Shown piece by piece: positions 1 through 12,192 of a stretch of 64,000 nt of DNA. The stretch's first letter is position 1, and each line of letters starts with the position of its first letter. A program made the position numbers and the translations under genes. Origin of the DNA: Acidimicrobiia bacterium (GTDB lineage: Bacteria > Actinomycetota > Acidimicrobiia > UBA2766); assembly GCA_020850945.1 (NCBI GenBank), contig JADZDR010000035.1, forward strand, positions 152,434-216,433, read 5' to 3'. Under the pieces are notes generated by a model, which worked only from the letters and a program-made list of their open reading frames with translations, was not told the DNA's origin and did not search any database.

Positions 1-745
<745 letters not shown>

Positions 746-1528
746 TCAGGTGGCGGGTTGGATGAGCCCGTAGTTGCCGTCGTAGCGCAGGTACACGACG
801 TTGCCCCGGTCACTGTCGGCGTCGACGAAGAACACGAACGGCTCGTTGCCGCCCACGAGGATCTCGATGGCGCCGTCGAGGTTCGTCTCGGGGGCGACGA
901 TCTCGCTCGGCTGGATGCTCACGGCAGCGGCGTCGATCGTGAGATCGTGGGCGCGTGCCTGGTGGAGGGTGTAGCTGCCGTCCTCGTTGCGGGCGATCAC
1001 GTTCTCCTCATCGGTGTCGATGTTCGAGAAGAGGTAGAAGTCGTGGTCGAGGATCTCCATGTCGTAGGCGGCCTCGTCCGGCGTCATCGCCTCGACGGCG
1101 AACGTCTTGCGCCGCACGATCTGGCGCTCGTCAGGTGGACGGGGGAAGAAGGAAGGCCGGCTGCGCGGGGCGTCCCCGTGGCGCCATTCGTGAGGCTCCG
1201 TGATCTTGGGGCGGCGGCCTTCGGAGATGCTCTTCGTGCGCAGGTCCTCGAGTTGGCGCCGCAACCGGCTCTCGAGCAGGTCGCACGCTTCGACGATCGT
1301 CGGCGCCGCGACGTGGGCACGCACAGCCGTCCCCCGCATGTCGATGCTCGCCTCGGCGACCGACGGCCGCTCGTTCGCCCGGTTCGCTCCCTCGACGAGG
1401 CGGATCGTGGCATGGATGATGGGTCTGGGGGCAAGGCGGTACAGCGACTCGACTTTCTTGGTCACGTACTCGGCTGCGTCGTTGCCGACGTTCCCCTGAG
1501 TCGAGACCTGGGGCGCTGGTCCCTCCAT
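746..1528 (-). CDS. hpf: ribosome hibernation promoting factor (long HPF)
   Basis: The 260-aa ORF has the N-terminus VSTQGNVGNDAAEYVTKKVESL, the typical HPF/RaiA fold signature, with a C-terminal dimerisation extension. GC3-rich codon usage. Confidence 0.8.
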   Translation of the reverse strand: MEGPAPQVSTQGNVGNDAAEYVTKKVESLYRLAPRPIIHATIRLVEGANRANERPSVAEASIDMRGTAVRAHVAAPTIVEACDLLESRLRRQLEDLRTKSISEGRRPKITEPHEWRHGDAPRSRPSFFPRPPDERQIVRRKTFAVEAMTPDEAAYDMEILDHDFYLFSNIDTDEENVIARNEDGSYTLHQARAHDLTIDAAAVSIQPSEIVAPETNLDGAIEILVGGNEPFVFFVDADSDRGNVVYLRYDGNYGLIQPAT

Positions 1529-1631
1529 TCCGTCCTCCTCGGCCTGGCCGAACTCGATGCGTGTGCGGCGTGCACGGTACCAACATTCGTGCGACCGCGT
1601 CCTGCTGAGCGAGTGAGGCTACCGTTGCCGC

Positions 1632-3308
<1,677 letters not shown>

Positions 3309-3347
3309 CAGGCTGCAGGTGGGTCGAGCGGTTTCGGGGTGTGGGCC

Positions 3348-4004
3348 TCATTCGAGGAACTCGATACAGCGGCGCCATGCGTCGGCGGCGTCGTCGGGCC
3401 GGTGGGCGGGCCGTGCCGGGTCGTGCACGAAGCCGTGTTCCGCTCCCGCGTAGCGCACCACGGTTGCCCCGGCCGCCTCGAGCTCGTCCACGTCCGCGGG
3501 CGGGGTGTACTCGTCCGCCTCGCCGATGATCGCCATGACGGCGGCGGCGTGCTTTCGGACCTCGGCCAGTGGATCGCCTTGGCCGGGGCCGTGCCACATC
3601 TCGGGCACGTGGATCATGCCGTAGAACGAGACGGCCCGGTCGAAGCGGCCCGTACCCGAGGCCTTGAGGGTGTACATGCCTCCCATGCAGAAGCCGATGA
3701 CCCCGACCCGCGTCTGGCCGGTGACGTCGGCTGCCTCGATCACGTCCCAGATCTGGCGGGCGTCGTCGAGTGTGGCCGCAGCGACGAGTCGCTCTTCGAG
3801 GCTCAGAGCCTCGTGCCCGTGGAACGGCTCGGGGCAGGCGACAGGCCAGCCCTGTTCCGTCGCGATGCGTGTGCACATGTCCTCGAAGAGGGGCCGTAGT
3901 CCCATGATGTCGGGGATGACGACGAGGCCACGGCTCGGCTCCGGCCCCACCGGTGGCCTGGCCAGGAATGCCTGTGTGCCTGACGGGAGCTCGATCGCGC
4001 TCAC
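3348..4004 (-). CDS. dienelactone hydrolase family protein
   Basis: Alpha/beta-hydrolase core GFCMGG nucleophile elbow, DLH-like. The likely GTG start at 4004 overlaps the stop of the upstream gene (GTGA). Confidence 0.7.
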   Translation of the reverse strand: MSAIELPSGTQAFLARPPVGPEPSRGLVVIPDIMGLRPLFEDMCTRIATEQGWPVACPEPFHGHEALSLEERLVAAATLDDARQIWDVIEAADVTGQTRVGVIGFCMGGMYTLKASGTGRFDRAVSFYGMIHVPEMWHGPGQGDPLAEVRKHAAAVMAIIGEADEYTPPADVDELEAAGATVVRYAGAEHGFVHDPARPAHRPDDAADAWRRCIEFLE

Positions 4005-4567
4005 TTGTGGCCCTTCTTCATCGCCCGCTTCTGCTCGCGGATCTCGCTGACTCGCTCGAACGTATCGACATCGGCGATCGACGGCCAGTCGGCCGCCTCC
4101 TCCTCCCATCCGCGTGGCGTGACCCCGAGGCGTTTGCCGAGGACTCCGACGAAGATGCGTGCCTTGCGTTCACCGAAGCCGGGCAGGGCGCGTAGGCGCC
4201 GGTAGACCTCGGCTCCGTCCGCGGCGTCGTTCCAGAGGGCTTCGGGGTCCCCGCCGTACTCGTCGACGAGGAACACGGCGAGCTTGTGGGTGCGCTCCGC
4301 CATCGAGCCGGGGTACCGGTGGATCGCCGGTCGCGTGCGGAAGGCCGCGTCGAGATCGGCCGGATCGAGCGTCGCGACCCTGGCCGCGTCGTACGGACCG
4401 ATGCGTTCTTCGAGCGTGCGCGGTCCCCGGAACGCCGCCTCCATCGGGAACTGTTGGTCGAGCAACATGCCGACGAGGAGGGCGAAGGAGTTCCCGGCGA
4501 GGAGGCGGTTCGCGGCCTCGTCGTCGGTGAAGGGCAGGGATGTGGGGTGGGCTGGCGGCATCGTCAC
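4001..4567 (-). CDS. HhH-GPD-type base-excision DNA repair family protein
   Basis: 188 aa. The composition and motifs (LPGFGERKARIFVGVLGKRLGV) match the small actinobacterial HhH-GPD family. Confidence 0.6.
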   Translation of the reverse strand: MTMPPAHPTSLPFTDDEAANRLLAGNSFALLVGMLLDQQFPMEAAFRGPRTLEERIGPYDAARVATLDPADLDAAFRTRPAIHRYPGSMAERTHKLAVFLVDEYGGDPEALWNDAADGAEVYRRLRALPGFGERKARIFVGVLGKRLGVTPRGWEEEAADWPSIADVDTFERVSEIREQKRAMKKGHK

Positions 4568-4681
4568 CTCGGGCGTCTGTGGTGGCGGGTGGAGGGGAGA
4601 CCGGCCTGATGGCTACCGTTTATCGCGGCGCTCGTCCACCGGGGCCAATCCTGTCACGTTCTCTCCGGAAGGGGAATCCCC

Positions 4682-5887
4682 ATGCCTGAAGCAGTGATCG
4701 TCTCGACTGCCCGCACACCCATCGGCCGGGCGTTCAAGGGCTCCCTCCGCGAGCTGCGCAGCGACAACACCGCCGCCCTCGTCGTGCAGGCCGCGCTCGA
4801 CAAGGTGCCGGAGCTCGACCGCACGGAGATCGAGGACCTCGTTCTCGGCTGCGGCCTGCCGGGAGGCGAGCAGGGTTACAACATGGCGCGGGTCGTGGCC
4901 GTCCTCGCCGGTCTCGACGAGGTCCCGGGGACGACCGTGAACCGCTACTGCGCGTCGTCGCTCCAGGCGATCCGCATCGCCGCCCACGCCGTCCGGGCGG
5001 GCGAAGGTGACGTCTTCGTCGCGGCCGGCTCCGAGTTCGTGAGTCGCTTCGTGAAGGGGTCGTCGGACGGCCTGCCGGACACGCAGAACCACAGGTTCGA
5101 CGACGCGCGGGCGCGCAGCGCCGAGCGAGCCCAGGGCGGAGCGGCGGCGTGGGAGCCCCCGGCCGGACTGCCTGACATCTACATCGAGATGGGGCAGACA
5201 GCCGAGAACGTCGTGCAGCTCAAGAAGGTGTCGCGCCAGAGCATGGACGAGTTCGCGTGCCTGTCCCAGAACCGTGCCGTGGCGTCACAGGAGCGTGGCT
5301 TCTTCGAGCGCGAGATCACTCCTGTCGAGACCCCGGAGGGGATTGCCTCCACCGACGACGGGCCGCGGCCGGGCACGACGGTCGAGAAGCTCGCCTCGCT
5401 GCAGCCGGCGTTCCGGCCCGACGGCGAGGTGACAGCCGGCAACGCCTGTCCCCTCAACGACGGGTCGGCAGCGGTCGTCGTGATGAGTGACACACGGGCG
5501 CAGGAGCTCGGCGTGAAGCCGCTCGCGCGTGTCGTGGCGAGCGCCGTGTCGGGCCTCAACCCCGAGATCATGGGTCTCGGTCCGATCGAGGCCGTGCGCA
5601 AGGCTCTGGCACGAGCCGGGATGACGATCGGCGACGTGGACATCGTGGAGCTCAACGAGGCCTTCGCTGCCCAGGTCGTGCCTTGCGCCGAGGAGCTCGG
5701 TATCGACTGGGACAAGCTCAACCCCAACGGTGGCGCGATCGCGCTCGGCCACCCCTTCGGCATGACCGGTGCCCGCATCATGACCACGCTCCTGAACGGC
5801 CTCGAGGACGCCGACAAGACCATCGGTCTCGAGACCATGTGTGTCGGTGGTGGCCAGGGCATGGCCATGGTCGTCGAGCGCCTCTGA
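4682..5887 (+). CDS. acetyl-CoA C-acyltransferase (thiolase)
   Basis: 401 aa. Thiolase N-terminus IVSTARTPIGRAFKGSL, active-site Cys region NRYCASSLQAI, and C-terminal GHPFGMTGARI and CVGGGQGMA motifs. Confidence 0.9.
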   Translation: MPEAVIVSTARTPIGRAFKGSLRELRSDNTAALVVQAALDKVPELDRTEIEDLVLGCGLPGGEQGYNMARVVAVLAGLDEVPGTTVNRYCASSLQAIRIAAHAVRAGEGDVFVAAGSEFVSRFVKGSSDGLPDTQNHRFDDARARSAERAQGGAAAWEPPAGLPDIYIEMGQTAENVVQLKKVSRQSMDEFACLSQNRAVASQERGFFEREITPVETPEGIASTDDGPRPGTTVEKLASLQPAFRPDGEVTAGNACPLNDGSAAVVVMSDTRAQELGVKPLARVVASAVSGLNPEIMGLGPIEAVRKALARAGMTIGDVDIVELNEAFAAQVVPCAEELGIDWDKLNPNGGAIALGHPFGMTGARIMTTLLNGLEDADKTIGLETMCVGGGQGMAMVVERL

Positions 5888-5939
5888 ACCGATTCCCGAG
5901 CCCGGCCCCGGGCTCGCACAGGCAACTAGAGTCCCCTGT

Positions 5940-7028
5940 GTGCAGGTCGTGCCGAACCGCGGGGTGGGGGACGCGGGAGCGGGATCCCTCACCCCGAGAC
6001 GCAGGCGACGGCGCTTCTGGGTCGTCGTGTCGATCCTCCTCGTCTGCGCAGCCCTCGCGGGCGGGTGGGTCGCCTACGGGATGTACCGGATCGACCGCTC
6101 GATAGACCGGGTACCTGTCGGTGGTCTCGCCCAGGCACCGGAAGCGGCGCCTGTGACGGAGCCGCCACCACCCGAGGAGACCGTGCCGGCACCGGCCGAG
6201 TACGAGGTCGACCCGAATGCCGTCGCACCCCACCCCGACGCGAGGTTCTATCTCCTCCTCGGGAGTGACAGCAGGGCGGGCCATCCCTTCGCGGCATCGC
6301 AGGGGATGACGGACCGGGGCCGGTCCGACGTGATGGCTGTCGTGCGTGTGCTGCCGGGGAGACCCCCGACCATCCTGTCGGTCCCGCGGGACTTCCGTGT
6401 GCGCCTGCCTGGCGAATCAGACTACGAGAAGATCAACGCCGCCTACGCCCGGGGTGGCCCTTCGCTTGCCGTGCAGACCGTCACGGAGCGCTTCGGGATC
6501 CCCATCCATCATGTCGTCGTCCTGAATTTCGCCGGGTTCGAGGACGTGATCGAGACCGTGGATGGCGTCGAGGTATGCGTCGACACGCCCGAGCGCGACT
6601 CCTACTCCGGTCTCGACATCCCCGCCGGGTGTCAGACGCTGGACGGGCCGACGGCACTCGCCTACGTGCGGGCCCGCCATGCCGAACAGCTCGTGGACGG
6701 AACCTGGCGGGCCGACCCGTCGGGGGACTTCGGGCGCATGCGGCGCCAGCAGGCTGTTCTCGTCGCCATCGCCCGCAGGCTGCGAAACCCCGAGAACCTC
6801 ACGCGCCTCTCCACCCTCGCCGATTCCCTCCGCGGTTCCGTCACGGTCGACGACGGCTTCACCCTCTCCGAGATGCTGTCGCTCGCCGCAGATCATCAGG
6901 ACGAGGTCGACAGCACGCTCGTGGCATCCCTGCCCGGCCAAGGGGGCCGCATTGGGAGCCTCTACTACGTGAGTGCGACGCCGGACACGCAGGCCACCGT
7001 CGACGCCTTCAAGTCGGGAGGTCTCTGA
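5940..7028 (+). CDS. LCP family protein (LytR-CpsA-Psr cell-envelope phosphotransferase)
   Basis: N-terminal TM helix FWVVVSILLVCAALAGGWVAY followed by the LCP core FYLLLGSDSRAG...RSDVMAVVRV...LSVPRD. The start is uncertain (GTG candidates at 5940, 5949 and 5964), because the long ORF begins inside the thiolase gene. Confidence 0.75.
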   Translation: MQVVPNRGVGDAGAGSLTPRRRRRRFWVVVSILLVCAALAGGWVAYGMYRIDRSIDRVPVGGLAQAPEAAPVTEPPPPEETVPAPAEYEVDPNAVAPHPDARFYLLLGSDSRAGHPFAASQGMTDRGRSDVMAVVRVLPGRPPTILSVPRDFRVRLPGESDYEKINAAYARGGPSLAVQTVTERFGIPIHHVVVLNFAGFEDVIETVDGVEVCVDTPERDSYSGLDIPAGCQTLDGPTALAYVRARHAEQLVDGTWRADPSGDFGRMRRQQAVLVAIARRLRNPENLTRLSTLADSLRGSVTVDDGFTLSEMLSLAADHQDEVDSTLVASLPGQGGRIGSLYYVSATPDTQATVDAFKSGGL

Positions 7029-7198
7029 CCACTGCGGCGGGCAGGGACCCACGCGTGTCAGAGCGAAAGAAACCCCCGGATGCGGCCGAGACGGTATGTG
7101 GCACCTTCCGGCACCGCACTAGCTTTTGTACGAGATGACTCTCAGTTGACTTCGATGCCGGACAGACGTGAAGGGGATTGCACCGAGGTGGTCGCAAG

Positions 7199-7855
7199 GT
7201 GACGAGGGCCCAGGCCGGACCGAACCGTGAGCAGGTCGAAGCAGCCTGCGAACTTCTCGGCGTGCGCGAGGGAGTCGCGCGCGAGGTCATCCTCGCGGCA
7301 TGGAAGAGCGCGATCCGCGAAGTGCACCCTGACCTCGCGTCGGAGGACGACCGGGCGGCCGCCGAAGAGCGCACCAAGACCCTCAACCTCGCCAAGGAGC
7401 AGTTGCTGGGCGCCCTCGACGGCACGCAGCACCTGCGGCTGCCACCACAACCCGTGAAGGTGAGGAGTCAGCCGATCCGCGTGTCGTCTCCTGGCCCGGG
7501 CCGGACAGTCGGCGTCACCCCCGCCGGGCATCCGGATGCATACGCACCGCAAAGGCCCGTGCCCCCCCAGGCCCCCCTCCAGACGCGCATACGCCCTCAA
7601 CATGCCGTGCGGCGTCCTCCCCCCAGGCCCGTGACCGATATCCCGGCGGCGATCACCGGGGAGGACGGCTTCGACAGCCACAAGGGTGACCGCGGCACGC
7701 ACCGCGTCCTCGTCGTGGCCATAGGGATATGCGCCGTCGTCCTCGTACTGATCGTGCTCGGTGCCTACATGTTCTCACGTGTGAGTCACGAGCCATCCGG
7801 CCGGGACATCGCGCCCCAGACACCGGTCGCGCCCGCCGGGGTCGTCCTGCCCTGA
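7199..7855 (+). CDS. J-domain (DnaJ-like) protein with C-terminal transmembrane anchor
   Basis: J-domain with the HPD motif (ILAAWKSAIREVHPDL), a Pro-rich linker, then the TM helix VLVVAIGICAVVLVLIVLGAYMF. A GTG start at 7199 is preceded by GAGGTGG. Confidence 0.6.
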   Translation: MTRAQAGPNREQVEAACELLGVREGVAREVILAAWKSAIREVHPDLASEDDRAAAEERTKTLNLAKEQLLGALDGTQHLRLPPQPVKVRSQPIRVSSPGPGRTVGVTPAGHPDAYAPQRPVPPQAPLQTRIRPQHAVRRPPPRPVTDIPAAITGEDGFDSHKGDRGTHRVLVVAIGICAVVLVLIVLGAYMFSRVSHEPSGRDIAPQTPVAPAGVVLP

Positions 7856-7871
7856 AAGCGGCCGGTCCACC

Positions 7872-9074
7872 TCACATGCGTTCGATCATCGCATCGGCGA
7901 ACTGCGACGTCTTCACCTCGGTCGCCCCGTCCGTGAGGCGGGCGAAGTCGTAGGTGACGATCTTGTCACCGATCGTCGACTCGAGCGCGGAGACGATGAC
8001 GTCGGCGGCCGCCTGCCACCCCATGTGTTCGAGCATGAGGACGCCGGAGAGGATCACCGAACCGGGGTTCACCTTGTCGAGGTTCGCGTACTTGGGAGCC
8101 GTGCCGTGCGTCGCTTCGAAGATCGCATGGCCGGTCACGTAGTTGATGTTGCCGCCGGGTGCGATGCCGATCCCACCGACCTGGGCCGCGAGGGCGTCCG
8201 ACGCGTAGTCGCCGTTCAGGTTCATCGTCGCGATGACGTCGAACTCGCCAGGTCGTGTCAGCACCTGCTGTAGGAAGATGTCGGCGATCGTGTCCTTGAC
8301 GAGGAGCTTGCCGCCCGGGTCGCCGCCGCAGTCCTCCCAGCCGACGGCGACGTCGGAGAACTCCTCCCGCACGAGCTCGTAGCCCCAGCGCATGAAGGCA
8401 CCCTCGGTGAACTTCATGATGTTGCCCTTGTGGACGAGCGTGAGGGAGCGGCGTCCGTGTGAGACCGCGTATTCGACGGCGGCGCGGATGAGGCGTTTCG
8501 AGCCGGCTTCGGAGATCGGTTTGATGCCGATCCCGGACATCTCCCGGATGTTCCAGCCGTACGTGTCCCCGAGGTGCTTGCGGAGGCTTTCGCCTTCGGC
8601 TGTCCCGGCCTCGACCTCGAAGCCGGCATAGACGTCCTCGGTGTTCTCGCGGAAGATCACCATGTCCACGCTCTCGGGATGCTTCACGGGCGACGGTACC
8701 CCGCGGAACCAGCGCACGGGCCGGAGGCACACGTAGAGGTCGAGCAACTGGCGCAGGGTCACGTTGAGGGAGCGGAAACCGCCGCCGATCGGTGTCGTGA
8801 GGGGTCCCTTGATACCGATCAGGTAGTCGCGGAAGGCCTCGACCGTCTCCTCCGGGAGCCAGTCGCCGGTTGCGTCGAAGGCCTTCTGTCCGGCGAGGAC
8901 CTCCTTCCAGGCGATGCGCCTGTCGCCACCGAACGCCTTCTCGACGGCTGCATCGAACACCCGCACGGACGCCCGCCAGATATCCGGTCCCGTCCCATCA
9001 CCCTCGATGAAGGGGACGATCGGCTCGTCGGGGACAGCGAGCTCTCCGTGTGAGAGGGTGATGGCATCGGCCAC
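7872..9074 (-). CDS. icd: NADP-dependent isocitrate dehydrogenase
   Basis: 400 aa with prokaryotic ICDH motifs throughout ([30 protein letters not shown]). Confidence 0.9.
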   Translation of the reverse strand: MADAITLSHGELAVPDEPIVPFIEGDGTGPDIWRASVRVFDAAVEKAFGGDRRIAWKEVLAGQKAFDATGDWLPEETVEAFRDYLIGIKGPLTTPIGGGFRSLNVTLRQLLDLYVCLRPVRWFRGVPSPVKHPESVDMVIFRENTEDVYAGFEVEAGTAEGESLRKHLGDTYGWNIREMSGIGIKPISEAGSKRLIRAAVEYAVSHGRRSLTLVHKGNIMKFTEGAFMRWGYELVREEFSDVAVGWEDCGGDPGGKLLVKDTIADIFLQQVLTRPGEFDVIATMNLNGDYASDALAAQVGGIGIAPGGNINYVTGHAIFEATHGTAPKYANLDKVNPGSVILSGVLMLEHMGWQAAADVIVSALESTIGDKIVTYDFARLTDGATEVKTSQFADAMIERM

Positions 9075-9186
9075 TGGCGTTCCTTTCGGCGGGGGGCGGA
9101 CGGTGCCCGGCTGTCGGCCACGACGGCCGGCCCGGCGGCGCGGTGGCGATCATACCCAGGGGACGTGTTCGCAGGCAGAGCCGGGA

Positions 9187-10209
9187 TCAGGCGGAGAGCG
9201 GCGTCGGCCGGCGTGGCTCGAGGTCTGCCGCGGTGTAGACCGCGTCGATCAACTCCATCTGTCGAACGGCGTCAGCGGGATCTGTGAGAACCTGCCGGCC
9301 GGAGGTGATCGCGTCCCGGAACGCCTCGAGCTGGTACTCGTAGGTCGGCCTACGGCCGAATCGCTCGGTTCGGACCGAGCCGTCGACGCGCAATCTGAGC
9401 CGGTGGTAGAGCTGAGGAGTCACCGGGTTCGTGACGTCGAGGCGGCCGCGCTCACCGACGAGGTGGGCACTCACGTGGAACGGGCGGCGTGGATCCCAGA
9501 GCGAGCACACGATCCGTCCCGTGTGCCCCGACGGGAACGCGAGGTCCGCTTGCATCGACCGGTCCACCTGCGGGTGCGTGCGGGCGGGTGTGGCCCTCGC
9601 GTCGACGACCCGCGGTTCCTCCAATCCGAGGAGGCGCAGCATGTGCAGGCAGTAGGTGCCGACATCCATCGTCGCACCGCCGGCGAGATGCCAGTCGTAG
9701 CGGATGTCACTCCTGCGGGGCAGGGGGATGAACATGCGGGTCTCGACGCGCCGCATCGCGCCGAGACGACCGCTCGCCGCGATCTCACGCATGCGGATGG
9801 CGAGAGGGTGGTAGCGGTAGTGGAACGCCTCCATGACGACACCCGCCCCCCGGGCTGCGGCATCCGCGACCTCTCGTGCCTCTGCCGCGTCGGCCGTGAA
9901 CGGCTTCTCGAGGAGGACGTGCTTGCCCGCCTCGATCGCCCGCAGCGCCCAGACGCCGTGCAGTCCGTTCGGGGTCGGGATGTACACCGCGTCGACATCG
10001 CTGTCCGCGAGGAGGGCGTCGTAGGTTTCGAGCACGCGCGGGATCCGGTAGCGGCGCGCGAAGCGCGCCGCGCGCGCGGGGTCACGGGCGGCCACCGCCG
10101 TCACCTCCACCCCCTCGACACGGCGCGCGGGACGGATCGCCGCCCACGGCGCGATGCGGGCGGCACCGAGGATCCCGATGCGGATGGGGTTTCCCGACTG
10201 CATCCGCAC
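9187..10209 (-). CDS. Gfo/Idh/MocA family oxidoreductase
   Basis: N-terminal Rossmann IRIGILGAARIA and the EKP motif (HVLLEKPF) of the GFO_IDH_MocA family. Confidence 0.75.
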   Translation of the reverse strand: MRMQSGNPIRIGILGAARIAPWAAIRPARRVEGVEVTAVAARDPARAARFARRYRIPRVLETYDALLADSDVDAVYIPTPNGLHGVWALRAIEAGKHVLLEKPFTADAAEAREVADAAARGAGVVMEAFHYRYHPLAIRMREIAASGRLGAMRRVETRMFIPLPRRSDIRYDWHLAGGATMDVGTYCLHMLRLLGLEEPRVVDARATPARTHPQVDRSMQADLAFPSGHTGRIVCSLWDPRRPFHVSAHLVGERGRLDVTNPVTPQLYHRLRLRVDGSVRTERFGRRPTYEYQLEAFRDAITSGRQVLTDPADAVRQMELIDAVYTAADLEPRRPTPLSA

Positions 10210-10265
10210 AGGGTATCGACCTCCGTACCGACCGCGTCGTGTGCAGGGGCGGTACGCTCCCCCGG

Positions 10266-11510
10266 ATGAGCAACTACTGGCACCCGTTCGCCGACGTCGC
10301 CACGTCCCGTGCCGAGCCGGGCCTGATCCTCGTGCGGGGAGCGGGTGCGTGCGTGTGGGACAAGGCGGGCAACCGCTATGTCGACGCGTCGGCCCAACTC
10401 TGGTACGTGAACGTCGGCTACGGGCGGCGTGAGATCGCCGAAGCCGCCGCCTCGCAGATGGTGCTCCTGCACGCGACGAGCACGTTCGGCGACATCGCCA
10501 ACCAACCGGCCCTCGATCTCGCCGACCGCGTGGCTGAGATCGCCCCCGTGCGCGAGCCGTTCGTCTTCCTCACGAGCGGTGGCTCCGACGGCATCGAGAC
10601 CGCGGCGAAGATGGCACGCAGGCATTTCCAGCTCCTCGAGCGGCCCGAGAAGCGCATCCTCGTCTCCCGCCGGCACGCGTACCACGGCATGCACTTCGTC
10701 GGCACCGCCCTCGCCGGGATAGAGGCGAACAAGGCCGGCTATGGCGAGATCGCCGGCGACGTCCTCTCCGTGGAGTGGGACGATGCAGGTGCACTCGAAG
10801 CGGCGATCGACGCGGCCGGGCCGGACCGCGTGGCCGCCTTCTTCTGTGAGCCGGTCATCGGTGCGGGAGGTGTGTTCCCACCGCCGGCGGGCTACCTGGA
10901 GGAGACCCGCGAGATCTGCCGGCGCCACGACGTCCTCTTCGTCGCGGACGAAGTCGTGACGGGCTTCGGTCGCACCGGTGACTGGTTCGCGTCGACCCGG
11001 TTCGGCCTCGACCCAGACATCATCGTCGGTGCGAAGGGGATCACGTCCGGCTACCTGCCCTTGGGCGCCGTCATCGCATCCGAGACGGTGTGGGGGAATC
11101 TCGCCCGTGCGGGCGCGTGGTTCCGCCACGGTTACACGTACTCGGGGCATGCGACGTGCGCCGCGGCCGCGCTGGCCAACCTCGACATCGTCTCCCGTGA
11201 GGGCCTCATGGAGCGTGCTCTCGATCTCGAGACGCTGATCCCGGAGGCGCTCGCACCCCTCGGCGACATCGGTGTCGTGGAGGAGATCCGGGGGGGTGTG
11301 GGTGCCCTCGCGGCTGTGCAACTCGACACCGAATGGCTCACGCGAGAACCGACGCTCGGCGCGCGTGCCGCCCTCGGCGCACGCGCGAACGGCGTGCTCA
11401 CGCGGGCGCTCGCGACCGGGGGCATCCAGGTCTCACCGCCACTCGTGCTGAGCGAGTCCGAACTGGGCGAGATCGTCGACGGTCTCGCCCGGGCGCTCCG
11501 CGATCTCTGA
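10266..11510 (+). CDS. class III (omega) aminotransferase family protein
   Basis: Start at MSNYWHPFA, the typical N-terminus of this family. PLP-lysine region IIVGAKGITSGY and the DEVVTGFGRTG motif. Confidence 0.85.
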   Translation: MSNYWHPFADVATSRAEPGLILVRGAGACVWDKAGNRYVDASAQLWYVNVGYGRREIAEAAASQMVLLHATSTFGDIANQPALDLADRVAEIAPVREPFVFLTSGGSDGIETAAKMARRHFQLLERPEKRILVSRRHAYHGMHFVGTALAGIEANKAGYGEIAGDVLSVEWDDAGALEAAIDAAGPDRVAAFFCEPVIGAGGVFPPPAGYLEETREICRRHDVLFVADEVVTGFGRTGDWFASTRFGLDPDIIVGAKGITSGYLPLGAVIASETVWGNLARAGAWFRHGYTYSGHATCAAAALANLDIVSREGLMERALDLETLIPEALAPLGDIGVVEEIRGGVGALAAVQLDTEWLTREPTLGARAALGARANGVLTRALATGGIQVSPPLVLSESELGEIVDGLARALRDL

Positions 11511-11520
11511 CCGGGTTCCC

Positions 11521-12192
11521 TCAGACGGTCAGCGCTGTGAGGATGCCGTCCTCCATGCGCAGTCGTCTCGTCGCGAAGCGCTCGAGGCGGGGATCGTGCG
11601 TGGCGACGATGACGGAGCGACCCTCGGCGGCGAGACCGTACAGGAGGCGCCCGACATCCTCGCCGTGCTCGGAGTCGAGATTCCCCGTCGGCTCATCGGC
11701 GAGCAGCACGGGCGGAGTCAGGGCAAGGGCCCGGGCCAGTGCCACACGCTGGCGTTCGCCGCCCGAGAGGACGGAGACACGGGTGTCCGTCCGATCGGCG
11801 AGGCCGAACCGTTCGAGGAGAAGGCGCGCATGCGACCGCGCTGCCTGGCCGCCGATGTCGGCCGCGTTCAGGGCGACCTCGACGTTCTGGCCCGCTGTCA
11901 GGGCCTCGATCAGGTTGAACGCCTGGAAGACGAAGCCGATGAGGCGGCTCCGCATGTGCTCGAGGAGGGTCGTGTCCCGCCAGTTGATCTCCCGACCCGC
12001 GATCCGCACCTGTCCCACCTGCGGTTGGAGAAGCGTGCCGAGGATCGAGATGAGAGTCGTCTTCCCCGAACCCGACGGGCCCTCGAGGAGCACGAGCTCG
12101 CCCGGTGACACGACGAAGTGCTCGACGGAACAGGCGACGATTCGGGTCGGGCCGCTCCCGTACTCGTGGGAGATCCCGTATGCCTCGATCAT
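11521..12192 (-). CDS. ABC transporter ATP-binding protein (MacB/LolD/FtsE-like)
   Basis: Walker A GPSGSGKTT, signature LSGGERQRV, Walker B LLADEPTGNLD. The start MIEAYG at 12192 overlaps the stop of the upstream permease (ATGA). Confidence 0.85.
   Translation of the reverse strand: MIEAYGISHEYGSGPTRIVACSVEHFVVSPGELVLLEGPSGSGKTTLISILGTLLQPQVGQVRIAGREINWRDTTLLEHMRSRLIGFVFQAFNLIEALTAGQNVEVALNAADIGGQAARSHARLLLERFGLADRTDTRVSVLSGGERQRVALARALALTPPVLLADEPTGNLDSEHGEDVGRLLYGLAAEGRSVIVATHDPRLERFATRRLRMEDGILTALTV

Noticed and set aside
7029-7198. Possible small RNA or tRNA in the LCP / J-domain intergenic region (GCGAAAGAAACCCCCGGATGCGGCC...GGCACCTTCCGGCACC...TTTTGT)
   Set aside because: GGCACC occurs as a direct repeat, not an inverted one. 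There is no cloverleaf, no T-loop GTTCGA motif and no CCA end, so it is more likely a plain 3'/5' UTR.
10101-11321. Long antisense ORFs of 400-800 aa overlapping real genes. Examples in this window: 10101..11321(-), 14046..15572(+), 22717..24402(+), 25352..27616(+), 32898..35336(+), 37764..39335(+), 37906..39348(-), 40633..42372(+), 43359..45782(+), 45100..46524(-), 49402..50796(+), 53077..55032(-), 59767..61563(+), 61551..63308(-)
   Set aside because: Their translations are Arg/Pro/Gly-rich with no motifs. They lie opposite or out of frame to genes that have clear family signatures. Long stop-free shadow ORFs are expected at about 70% GC.
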